From a virus, in the IMG/VR virus record IMGVR_UViG_3300045988_118194, positions 1-64,000 of that record: a stretch of 64,000 nucleotides of DNA. One strand, 5' to 3'. Both the position numbers and the translations under genes were made by a program. This document shows, piece after piece, positions 1 to 8,332 of this stretch; the stretch's first letter is position 1; each line of letters starts with the position of its first letter. The notes beneath the pieces were generated by a model. It did no database searches, was not told where the DNA came from, and saw only the letters and a list, made by a program, of their open reading frames with translations.

Positions 1-99
1 GGCGCCTGCCCTGCCATGAGGTCGGCCTGGCTGTCTGTGGCCAGGACCGTACATTAGTCAGATAGTGAACGACGAAAACAATACAAATGTTTGTTGATT

Positions 100-417
100 A
101 TGAGAGTAGAAGATTTAACGAAGTTTGAAGGAGAATGTCCTAACATAGTCGTATTTGGTGCATATATGGATATTAGGGTTCCATTAACGAAGAAATGGAA
201 GAAAATTATTAACGAGAGAGGAATATCAGCCAGTTTAATGTTTGAATGTGTAATGATGTGGAACTACATCCTGGAAGAAGGTCTTGAAGACTGGGATGAG
301 GATGATTATAGATTTTACGGGCTACCTCTATTTAAAGCTACGGCTGTAAAATACGGATGGGATAATCCTATAGGGGAAGACAGCGGGAGAGAAAGAAAAT
401 ATGATTCACAGTATTAA
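100..417 (+). CDS. hypothetical protein. The track ORF 91..417 begins at TTG; the first ATG is at 100.
   Basis: Uninterrupted ORF in an AT-rich coding context. No recognisable motifs. Confidence 0.35.
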   Translation: MRVEDLTKFEGECPNIVVFGAYMDIRVPLTKKWKKIINERGISASLMFECVMMWNYILEEGLEDWDEDDYRFYGLPLFKATAVKYGWDNPIGEDSGRERKYDSQY

Positions 418-428
418 ATGGGCATATC

Positions 429-1283
429 ATGAGCACAAGTAAAGAATGCAAGGCAGTAAGGAACTGTATATTAAATGAACTTCACCTTACCAAAGAAGAT
501 ATAATCAAAAACATAGAGCCGTTATTGGAGAAACACGTAAAACGGTACATGGTTAATATATATGGAGGTGACAACCAGATAGAAAACTGGATCAGATGCA
601 TGGTGAATGATGAACTCAAACGAAGAGATCATGATTTTGTAAGAAAAGCGTGCGAGAGCGTCATCAGGGATCATGTATTAAATGAGTTGAATATAATCGT
701 AAGATCCAAAAGTGAGAAATGTACATGTGAAAACAGAGTACCATCCGAAGAGGATAAGAAAGAGTCAACTGACGGACTGTATATAATCTACAAAGACGGA
801 CATGCAGAGCCGTTTACCGGCGATAACTCCAAAGATTGTGTACGATACATTGGGTTGAAGCACAGATACATGTCATTTGCAATCTCACTGACGGAGCATG
901 ATATCATACAATTGCTTGACGATGATAGCCGTGAAGAATCCGGAAGTGGGACATATTACGAACGTGAATGTGATGCGCTGTTTGACATTGACGGACGCGG
1001 CAATACGGAACGCCTTGTAACCAGAAATCCAAAATTGAGAAATCTGCTGGAAGATGGCGAGTATATACCATCTCTTGGTCAATTAAATTTAATGGCCCAT
1101 TATATGGACGAACTAAACAAAGCATTCACTTATGTTTCGGCATCTCCCCTCTCCTCGACGTGGTATTGGTCCAGTACTGAGAGCAGCCAGGCCGTCGCGT
1201 GGTACGTGGTCTTCTCCAATGGCCTCACGGGCACTGGCAACAAGCACATCGGAGACATGGTTCGGGCGGTAATTGATTTTTAA
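429..1283 (+). CDS. hypothetical protein (284 aa)
   Basis: ATG start 11 nt after the previous stop. Long ORF. No motif recognised. The 3' third is locally GC-rich. Confidence 0.45.
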   Translation: MSTSKECKAVRNCILNELHLTKEDIIKNIEPLLEKHVKRYMVNIYGGDNQIENWIRCMVNDELKRRDHDFVRKACESVIRDHVLNELNIIVRSKSEKCTCENRVPSEEDKKESTDGLYIIYKDGHAEPFTGDNSKDCVRYIGLKHRYMSFAISLTEHDIIQLLDDDSREESGSGTYYERECDALFDIDGRGNTERLVTRNPKLRNLLEDGEYIPSLGQLNLMAHYMDELNKAFTYVSASPLSSTWYWSSTESSQAVAWYVVFSNGLTGTGNKHIGDMVRAVIDF

Positions 1284-1295
1284 AAAGGATTACAT

Positions 1296-2093
1296 ATGAT
1301 AACATCGGTAAAAATAAAAGACAATACAAAAACTCCATTTGAATATGTTTCGGATATAGAAGCATTTGAAAATGGCAGAGAATTTATTTTCAAGTCAGGA
1401 GTGAATGTAATTATAGGTAAAAACGGTAGTGGAAAATCAACCTTACTTAACATCATATCAATGTATGCGTTATGCGAGAAATCCATGTGCTCTGAAATGC
1501 CGACCGAGGCACTGGATTTTCCACCTATATTTGATGACGATGATAAGGTTTTTGATGGGATTGATATATCATCCGATTATGCAGGGAAAGTATTCCGTTT
1601 ATTGCCATCGGCGGAGATGAATCAAGATAGCGTATTGAAAAACATCAGCAACTTAGATTTGTATGTGAATAATATTCGAAGATCTTATGGAGAGAAAGTG
1701 GTGTTATCATTGGAATCGCTTTTCAATTTAATGTTCGGTCAAAAGGATTATACATTTCCAATACAAGATCTTGTAGAATACAAGAAAAAATCAAATGCGT
1801 TTTGGATTAAAAGAGTTGATAACCTGTTGAAGTATTATAAAAGAAACCGCATAACATTAACAGAAAGCAGTTTTGAATACACGGTTCTCATGGATGAGCC
1901 AGATAGGAATCTTGACATTGACAACATAATGCAAATTTATAATGTATTGTCATTCCATAAACCACAAACACAAATTATAGCCATAGTACACAATCCGGCG
2001 TTGATTTACAAGTTAAGCAAATTAGATTGTGTGAATTTCATAGAGATGACAGAAGGATATCTAAACAAAATTCGCATATTTGCATCTAATTAA
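1296..2093 (+). CDS. small P-loop NTPase, ABC/AAA_21-like (OLD/RecF-like ATPase fold)
   Basis: Walker A GKNGSGKSTLLN near the N-terminus. Walker B-like VLMDEPDRNLD and a following IIAIVHNP (H-loop-like) near the C-terminus. 265 aa with no fused effector domain. Confidence 0.6.
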   Translation: MITSVKIKDNTKTPFEYVSDIEAFENGREFIFKSGVNVIIGKNGSGKSTLLNIISMYALCEKSMCSEMPTEALDFPPIFDDDDKVFDGIDISSDYAGKVFRLLPSAEMNQDSVLKNISNLDLYVNNIRRSYGEKVVLSLESLFNLMFGQKDYTFPIQDLVEYKKKSNAFWIKRVDNLLKYYKRNRITLTESSFEYTVLMDEPDRNLDIDNIMQIYNVLSFHKPQTQIIAIVHNPALIYKLSKLDCVNFIEMTEGYLNKIRIFASN

Positions 2094-2133
2094 TTGAAGT
2101 AATTATATACCATTTTTTTATAAACTTATCACA

Positions 2134-2517
2134 ATGGCTTATTTCATATTAATGGGAAGAAGAATCCCCAAGCAAGCTATAACAGGCTTCAAGTTCCAAA
2201 ATGAAACAGATAACATTCGTCCTTTTCTGTCAATCAGGATAAGGGGAAAGGACGAAATTATACCTTTCAAAGATAAAAAGGAGATACAGTCTGTAAAAGC
2301 GCATCTGTGTTCTGTCTTCTCCGGATTTGTAAAAATAGGCGACTGGTATCTCAAGATGTCGGAAGTTAAGGAATATAAGCCGGTGACTGCCGAAGACATG
2401 AACCCCTACATCTTGTTTAAGACATCTAAGTTCGGAAACATAAAAGTTCGTTTCCCGAAAGATGAAGATATGGATGCCGAATTATTGGTGTTAGATCAAC
2501 TTTTTGATGTAGAATGA
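2134..2517 (+). CDS. hypothetical protein (127 aa), possible partner of the upstream ATPase
   Basis: ORF immediately downstream of the ATPase on the same strand. Confidence 0.4.
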   Translation: MAYFILMGRRIPKQAITGFKFQNETDNIRPFLSIRIRGKDEIIPFKDKKEIQSVKAHLCSVFSGFVKIGDWYLKMSEVKEYKPVTAEDMNPYILFKTSKFGNIKVRFPKDEDMDAELLVLDQLFDVE

Positions 2518-2541
2518 ATTATTGATCATATTTTAGAAATC

Positions 2542-2793
2542 ATGACCTGGAAAGAATTGAAAGACAAAATATCCCTTATGACAGAAGAAGAGCAACAGAA
2601 AGAAGTTGCAGTCTGGGGAGAAAATATGAATCTAATGAAAGATTGTTCCTTGGAGAAAACAGACGAGGATTTGTACTATAATACTGAATGGGATTATACT
2701 TGTGAAGAGAGTGAATTGGAACCGGAAGACAAGAATGACCCTGATGTACATAAGGTATATGAAGCAGGAATGCATTATATTTATTCAAATTGA
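2542..2793 (+). CDS. small highly acidic protein (83 aa)
   Basis: D/E-rich composition (EEEQQKE, DEDLYY, EESELEPEDKNDPD). ATG start. Confidence 0.35.
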   Translation: MTWKELKDKISLMTEEEQQKEVAVWGENMNLMKDCSLEKTDEDLYYNTEWDYTCEESELEPEDKNDPDVHKVYEAGMHYIYSN

Positions 2794-2811
2794 TTTAAAA
2801 AAGATCTGATT

Positions 2812-3210
2812 ATGGCAGTATTAACAACACTAAATATAACGGAAAAGAATGATAACAACAGTTTATCTGTAACTGTTAAAGTGAATATCACCAAAAAAGG
2901 AATGGTTACCACTACTTTATCAAAAGAAGATGTGGATAAGATTCGTTCTTATGGGATCAAATTACCTACAAACAGATTAGGTAACGAAGGATATTTCAAT
3001 AGCACATCATTTTCTGATCTGGTGAGTCAAATCAGGGAAGTTCTGAAGAGATGTTTGAGTTATAAAATAGTAGAAGAAGTACCTGTTATTAAGTATCAGT
3101 TAGAAACTCTCTGTTCATTTGCCTATGACAAAAACGGAGACATTGTCCCTAACCCCTCTAAGGAATGGACAGGAGGCGATGAAAATGGAGAGATGGAACT
3201 TCCCGTTTAG
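2812..3210 (+). CDS. hypothetical protein (132 aa)
   Basis: ORF with ATG. Followed by a hairpin (ttaaacac...gtgtttat) just after the stop. Confidence 0.4.
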   Translation: MAVLTTLNITEKNDNNSLSVTVKVNITKKGMVTTTLSKEDVDKIRSYGIKLPTNRLGNEGYFNSTSFSDLVSQIREVLKRCLSYKIVEEVPVIKYQLETLCSFAYDKNGDIVPNPSKEWTGGDENGEMELPV

Positions 3211-3704
3211 ATGCCTTAAACACCCAACCTTTCGGTTTTAGTGTTTATGCAAAACCATTTCTAAAAAGAGTAATTGAATATGGAAATGGAGAGACAAAAG
3301 TAGAATACGGCAGGTTAAATACAGAAAAAGGAACTTATGCGCACTGGCTGAATTGTGTAACGAGCATATCATACAATAGACATAAACAGGTAATGGAAGT
3401 GGAGTGTAACGAATGTACCTCGAAATTATTCGTTGATATGATCAAGTCCATTTGTAATATAAGCGAACAAGTTAAGAGTTTTGTCAATCCAGAACAAATA
3501 AAAGCAATTGCGGAGTCAAATGAACCGATTTTGCTTTTATCTAACAACTAAAAAATCATGAGGTATGTATGTGTTTTTATCTGCTTTCTGTTATGGCTTA
3601 TTTTTACATTGTTATTATCATCAACTGTCATAGGATTGGTTATAAGCGTGAGTGATGAATGACAGGAAATGGGTGACAAAATAATAGATAAACTTTAATA
3701 AAAT

Positions 3705-3950
3705 ATGAATAAGAATATAATCAACAACGCTCAACTTTTAGAGATTAAAACTAAGATTAGACAACTTGGAGCAATGATGAATGCATATCAATGCAGGTTT
3801 GTGGTTTCTTCGGGTCAATTGTTTTTTGTGGATGATGAATATGCTGGAACGGTTAAACTGACTAATCTTGATAATGGAGAATCTAACATATCATTCCCTT
3901 CATGTGACGATGGATTGATAATCAATCCAGCCGATAAGCATATTAAATAA
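3705..3950 (+). CDS. hypothetical protein (81 aa)
   Basis: ORF, ATG start. Confidence 0.3.
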   Translation: MNKNIINNAQLLEIKTKIRQLGAMMNAYQCRFVVSSGQLFFVDDEYAGTVKLTNLDNGESNISFPSCDDGLIINPADKHIK

Positions 3951-3994
3951 TTTCAAAACTAAAAATATTTAAATTAATTAAACAATAATAAGAT

Positions 3995-4261
3995 ATGAAA
4001 CAAGATATAGAATTTGCTGTTCCTCTTTTTAAAGCTGGTGCAGAATGGCGCATTAACAGCGTGTGGCATTCTATAACAGTAATTCCAGATTGCCACCGTT
4101 TTATTGTGTTTCTCCCTAAGAAATCAACAATAGGATCAAAGAATCCAATTATGGGTATATTGGAAGAGAACAGAACTTTTATATCCAGCCGTCCAGGATG
4201 TATTTTATGCAGATTAGATGAAATGGAATCATGGGCTTATTTGGATGATCTATTACCTTAG
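3995..4261 (+). CDS. hypothetical protein (88 aa)
   Basis: ORF, ATG start. Confidence 0.3.
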   Translation: MKQDIEFAVPLFKAGAEWRINSVWHSITVIPDCHRFIVFLPKKSTIGSKNPIMGILEENRTFISSRPGCILCRLDEMESWAYLDDLLP

Positions 4262-4294
4262 GTAATTATATACTCAATTTTAAAAGTTAGAATT

Positions 4295-4543
4295 ATGAAA
4301 AAAGATTTAACAGACAAAGAAAAAGAGGAAAGAATGAATTACCTTACCATTCATAAATGTAAAAACGAGGATGAACGTAAAGAGTTAAAAGAATTATGTG
4401 ATTGGTATTTTAAGGATACTCCTACATTAACTATGTCTTTTTCTTTAACAGAAGAAGATTTTCGGGTAACAATGGAAAGGGACGTGGAGTTGTCGGAGGT
4501 AGCCAGAGCGGTAAAGAATCAACACCATAAGAAGAAAATTTGA
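4295..4543 (+). CDS. hypothetical protein (82 aa)
   Basis: ORF, ATG start, charged composition. Confidence 0.3.
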   Translation: MKKDLTDKEKEERMNYLTIHKCKNEDERKELKELCDWYFKDTPTLTMSFSLTEEDFRVTMERDVELSEVARAVKNQHHKKKI

Positions 4544-4549
4544 AAGGTT

Positions 4550-4753
4550 ATGACCGACAGAGAACTTCTTGAAGAAAACAATAAGATGTTAAAGGAAATT
4601 CTAAGTTTTGTGAGAAAAGTTGATTCTGCTGAATACAGGGATCATCAAGACTTTATGGAATTTCTTAGAAATGTGGCAGCCGATATATGGGTAGAATATA
4701 CGGAGCCTGAACAAAGAGGTAGATTGTTTAATTTAATAAATAAAAAGAAATGA
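4550..4753 (+). CDS. hypothetical protein (67 aa)
   Basis: ORF 6 nt after the previous stop. ATGA overlap with the next ORF. Confidence 0.3.
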   Translation: MTDRELLEENNKMLKEILSFVRKVDSAEYRDHQDFMEFLRNVAADIWVEYTEPEQRGRLFNLINKKK

Positions 4754-4935
4754 AAACAGTTTTTGATTTAAGCAGAGATGAGATTGTGTCATTGACAGAC
4801 GAAGAGATAAGTCTGTATATAGACAAAGAGCTTGCTGGTAAAGGTATTCCAATTGAAGCTAAAAACTGGAATATAAAGAACGAAAAAGAAGTCGTGTATC
4901 CAAGAACAGGAGTTCCAGTATTTATGATTATTTAA
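4750..4935 (+). CDS. hypothetical protein (61 aa)
   Basis: ORF overlapping the previous stop (ATGA). Confidence 0.25.
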   Translation: MKTVFDLSRDEIVSLTDEEISLYIDKELAGKGIPIEAKNWNIKNEKEVVYPRTGVPVFMII

Positions 4936-5011
4936 CCAACAAAACCACCATACTTTAGAAGGTGGATGAATTGGTTTGATTAATTTTGAATCAAAATTAC
5001 AGATAAAAAAA

Positions 5012-6151
5012 ATGATTTCATACAAATACAACATCTATCATTCCAAGAAAACGAAGTATCTCGACAAAATGCTTCGAGAATGTTGTTTTGTATGGAATCA
5101 TGCTTTAGCTCTACAACGTAGATACTACAAACTGTTTGGAAAATATATCTCAGTTAGTAAAATGAAAAAGCATTTTGCAAAAAGGATAAAAAGAAATCTT
5201 CTTCATTCCCAAACAGTGCAAGAAATACTTGAACGTCTTGATGAATCTTATAATCGTTTCTTCAAGAAATTGGCTAAACGACCTCCTAAGTTTAAATCAC
5301 CGGAAAAATTCAATTCTTTTGTATTCAAACAAGGTGGGTTTACCCTGAATGGTAATTGTTTAACAATTAACAAAGGGAAGAAACGATTTAGATTTTCATA
5401 CAGTAGAGTCTACGAAGGTAATGTTAAACAAATTAGAATAGTTAGAGAAACATGCTATCGATATAGCCTGATAATTATTACAGATCATAATCTTATAAAC
5501 TCTTATAGAAAGACACATGATGGTGCATCTATAGGGTTGGATTTTGGCCTGAAAACTTATCTAACTAAAAGCGATGGTAGCAAAATTGATTCTCCACTAT
5601 TCTTCAAACAATATCAAAACAAGATTAGAAAACTAAACAAACGGATTTCTAATGCAAAGAAAGGATCCAACAATAGAAGAAGGAGACTGTTTGAACTCCA
5701 ACAAACGTATCGTAAAATAAACGATCTTCGATCGGATTTTCAATGGGGATTAGCACACCAGTTATGCAAACAATATGATTATATTTTTATTGAAGATCTA
5801 AACATTGAAGGAATGAAGCGTTTGTGGGGAAAGAAAGTTTCTGATCTCAGTCATTCTTCTTTTATTGACAAACTTACGTATGTTGCTTCAAAGTATGGAG
5901 TAACGATACACAAGATTGACAAATGGTATCCTTCTTCCAAAACTTGCGAATGTGGCTGCATTAATAAAGGACTGTCGTTACGCGACCGCACGTGGGTATG
6001 CCCGTCGTGCGGAGCGGTAAACGACCGTGATGTTCTTGCAGCCCGTAATATACTTCGGAAGGGCATTTCCGAATTGGAGAGCAAGAGTAATTCCAGCGAT
6101 ATTAATATCGGGGTTTCTTGCGTTTGTATCCAAGAATCCCATTTGCTTTAG
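5012..6151 (+). CDS. tnpB: TnpB (OMEGA RNA-guided RuvC endonuclease, IS200/IS605 OrfB family)
   Basis: N-terminal KYNIYHSKK...CCFVWNHAL resembles the TnpB N-terminus. RuvC-I GLDFGLKTY. RuvC-II IFIEDLNIEGMK. Zinc finger CECGC...CPSCG. RuvC-III NDRDVLAARNI. The track ORF starts at TTG 4976; the first ATG is at 5012. Confidence 0.8.
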   Translation: MISYKYNIYHSKKTKYLDKMLRECCFVWNHALALQRRYYKLFGKYISVSKMKKHFAKRIKRNLLHSQTVQEILERLDESYNRFFKKLAKRPPKFKSPEKFNSFVFKQGGFTLNGNCLTINKGKKRFRFSYSRVYEGNVKQIRIVRETCYRYSLIIITDHNLINSYRKTHDGASIGLDFGLKTYLTKSDGSKIDSPLFFKQYQNKIRKLNKRISNAKKGSNNRRRRLFELQQTYRKINDLRSDFQWGLAHQLCKQYDYIFIEDLNIEGMKRLWGKKVSDLSHSSFIDKLTYVASKYGVTIHKIDKWYPSSKTCECGCINKGLSLRDRTWVCPSCGAVNDRDVLAARNILRKGISELESKSNSSDINIGVSCVCIQESHLL

Positions 6152-6200
6152 CGATGGGAGTGTGTCAACGGCATCGGTTTTAGAACCATAGAAGGTGCAA
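6000..6200 (+). ncRNA. putative TnpB-associated omega RNA (3' end of tnpB plus the right-end region). The extent is a guess.
   Basis: Expected position for a TnpB omega RNA. A hairpin at 6138-6158 overlaps the tnpB stop, followed by a 55-nt non-coding stretch before the next gene. Confidence 0.3.
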
Positions 6201-6205
6201 CTGAG

Positions 6206-6649
6206 GTGGCTAATTTGCTTGTTAAATATAATGCATTTAAAATAGAATCAAGGTTTCTGACAGGATCGTATGAACAGTTTTGGATCATAAAAGAAAGTGT
6301 TTGCCCGGCTATTAAAGGGGAAGCGGGGTATAGCAAAGAAGAGTTTGATAAGGTAAACAAGGAAAACCAAGATCCAGAATTGGAAAGTATAAATTCCTTC
6401 AATAACACTTTGAAAAATGCCAATGAAATTAAAGACAGGGTGTTGAAATACGTGTACAACATAAAACAAGAGCGTTCATATAACAATGACCTGGTTGGTA
6501 TCTTTGAAAGGTATAAAGATATAGCAGACGGTGATATGGAGGTAGCTATGAATTTTATTAAGGAAGCCTATCCATTCAATGAAGAAACAGAGTCGTTTAT
6601 CAGAAAAAAGTTTGACATGCCTATACCGGACGAATCAAAAGAGCAGTAA
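6206..6649 (+). CDS. hypothetical protein (147 aa)
   Basis: ORF, ATG start. Confidence 0.4.
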   Translation: MANLLVKYNAFKIESRFLTGSYEQFWIIKESVCPAIKGEAGYSKEEFDKVNKENQDPELESINSFNNTLKNANEIKDRVLKYVYNIKQERSYNNDLVGIFERYKDIADGDMEVAMNFIKEAYPFNEETESFIRKKFDMPIPDESKEQ

Positions 6650-6668
6650 TTAAGCTAAATTAAATCAT

Positions 6669-6704
6669 TTTGAATCTTTTTTATTATCAAAAGACATATC
6701 TTTG
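6669..6704 (+). promoter_or_regulatory. candidate Bacteroidetes-type promoter (-33 TTTG ... -7 TAtcTTTG)
   Basis: TTTG at about 6669-6672 and TATCTTTG at about 6697-6704, upstream of ATG 6726. The 24-nt spacer is slightly long. Confidence 0.25.
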
Positions 6705-6725
6705 CCCCAAAAAAAAACAAACATA

Positions 6726-6980
6726 ATGGAAGAAAAAGAGATAAAAGAAGCTATGATTGAAGCCCTGACGCACTTAGAGGGGTGTAAGTATTTCGTGGCT
6801 ACGATAGTAAATGAAGAGGAAAGAAGATTTGATATGAGCCAAAGAATGTCACAGCATCAATTGGCGTTAGTTATAAAAGGTATCTTATCTAATAATGAGA
6901 TGATGATGATGGACGTTTTGCAGTGGTGTTCTGAAAGATTTAAAAATAGTATAGAGAAAGGAAAGAAATCAACTAATTAA
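6726..6980 (+). CDS. hypothetical protein (track ORF 6702..6980; first ATG 6726)
   Basis: ORF. Met-rich stretch NNEMMMMD. Confidence 0.35.
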   Translation: MEEKEIKEAMIEALTHLEGCKYFVATIVNEEERRFDMSQRMSQHQLALVIKGILSNNEMMMMDVLQWCSERFKNSIEKGKKSTN

Positions 6981-6991
6981 ATATTAATACA

Positions 6992-7462
6992 ATGAATCGC
7001 TGGTTTGAAATTACGGTAAAAGCCGAGATTGATAATATCGAGAACGGCAAAAAAAAGAAAGTAACTGAAAAGTATTTGGTGGATGCCTTGTCTTACACAG
7101 AGGCAGAATCAAGATCGTTGGAGATCTTCAAGGATTTGTACAAATCTTTCGAGGTTGTAAAAATTAATCCTATTAAAGTGTCGGAAATCTTCTTCAACGG
7201 AGAAGCTGAGTACTGGTATAAGTGTAAGGTGAATTACATTACACTGGATGAAAAGAAAGGTAAAGAAAAGAAAACTCCATGCTATATGTATATCCAGGCC
7301 GGCAATCCTAAGGATGCCGAAGCTGTGTTGACTAAAGGTATGCAGGGTACGTTAGGAGACTGGAATTGCGAGTCTATTGTGGAAACGAAAATCATTGAAG
7401 TGTTTAAATACGATCTGCAAAAAGGCGTAGAAAAATTGGGAGAAAAGAAAACTGATGAGTGA
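6992..7462 (+). CDS. hypothetical protein (156 aa)
   Basis: ORF, ATG start. Confidence 0.4.
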   Translation: MNRWFEITVKAEIDNIENGKKKKVTEKYLVDALSYTEAESRSLEIFKDLYKSFEVVKINPIKVSEIFFNGEAEYWYKCKVNYITLDEKKGKEKKTPCYMYIQAGNPKDAEAVLTKGMQGTLGDWNCESIVETKIIEVFKYDLQKGVEKLGEKKTDE

Positions 7463-7706
7463 TGTTGTTCCCCGTGTAGCACTTGCGACAGCAATTGTAT
7501 TATTGGTAGTGGCAGGTGCTACTTTACTGATAGTGATTAAGACAGAAGAAGTGCCAAGATGGTTAATGAACTTACCATATACGCTGTCTTTAACGGCGTT
7601 ATCTTTTTCAAGTATATCGCTTATATCTAAATACATATCGCTTGTATCGAAATATAAAAAGTGGAAAAGAAATTGTACGTCTGCGAAAAATGCGGACGAA
7701 AAGTAA
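7455..7706 (+). CDS. small membrane protein with two predicted TM helices and a basic C-tail (holin-like topology)
   Basis: Hydrophobic segments VALATAIVLLVVAGATLLIV and LPYTLSLTALSFSSISLI, then KYKKWKRN. Overlaps its neighbours. Confidence 0.3.
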   Translation: MSDVVPRVALATAIVLLVVAGATLLIVIKTEEVPRWLMNLPYTLSLTALSFSSISLISKYISLVSKYKKWKRNCTSAKNADEK

Positions 7707-8176
7707 TGATAAGAAGTCATGGCTTATGCCAGGCTTGCAGGAGCAAAGAGTTGACTCCGAAGAAAAAAGACAGAATTACATCCATTAAAAACAGCAGCAA
7801 GAAGAAAAAGTTAGAGAACCCGGATTTATCCGGGTTTTTTCGTCTTATGTTGGAGGAGTTGAGTACTATTCGAATGTCTATGACCGGTAAGGCTATTCAT
7901 TTTCCTACAGTATGTAACGTATGTCACATACTTCCGAAAAGGATATATAAGTCGGTTGCTACTTGCAGGGATAATATAGTTTTCCTTCATGAATCGGAGC
8001 ATACGGTATTCGACATGTATCTTGACCGGATGGAATTTGATAAACTTGAAACAGAATTTCCTTTTGTGTGGAAGTATGCGGTAAAGAAGGTACTGGATAT
8101 GGAAAGCAGGGGAATGATTAAAGAAAGAGGTAGATTAATTATTGAAATAATTGACAGATATGAGAAAACTTTATAA
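7661..8176 (+). CDS. zinc-ribbon plus HNH-like protein (possibly NinG/Rap-like)
   Basis: N-terminal CEKCG...CQAC. Later CNVCHILPK...NIVFLHESEH resembles an HNH-type His/Asn arrangement. Confidence 0.3.
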   Translation: MEKKLYVCEKCGRKVMIRSHGLCQACRSKELTPKKKDRITSIKNSSKKKKLENPDLSGFFRLMLEELSTIRMSMTGKAIHFPTVCNVCHILPKRIYKSVATCRDNIVFLHESEHTVFDMYLDRMEFDKLETEFPFVWKYAVKKVLDMESRGMIKERGRLIIEIIDRYEKTL

Positions 8177-8332
8177 AATAAGAATAGAAGCTGACGATGA
8201 AACTATCTTTTATGCTCACATACGAAGAGAGAGTTATGGCAAGGATATAGCTATCGCAGTGAAAGATAGAGATAAAGATGAAGTGGAAACAGTGTTACAT
8301 TGTATTAAAGAAGAATTGATTAGAGGAAGATC

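Larger units (their letters stand above)
4945..6200 (+). mobile_element. IS200/IS605-family TnpB-only element (IS1341-like). Boundaries are approximate.
   Basis: Single tnpB ORF with no tnpA. Subterminal hairpins at about 4945-4965 (ccacc-N11-ggtgg) and about 6138-6158 (cccat-N11-atggg). Similar motifs tagaaggtgg (left) and tagaaggtgc (right) lie near the putative ends. Confidence 0.45.

Noticed and set aside
885-1125. Antisense ORFs nested inside longer ORFs (for example 885..1082, 904..1125, 1280..1486, 2139..2399, 10515..11072, 17262..17553, and the many plus-strand ORFs inside the giant minus-strand genes 29417..35839 and 47600..59839)
   Set aside because: Each is fully contained in, or antisense to, a much longer ORF with coherent start/stop coupling. 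The ones inside the flotillin gene arise from the low-complexity A/E/K repeat.
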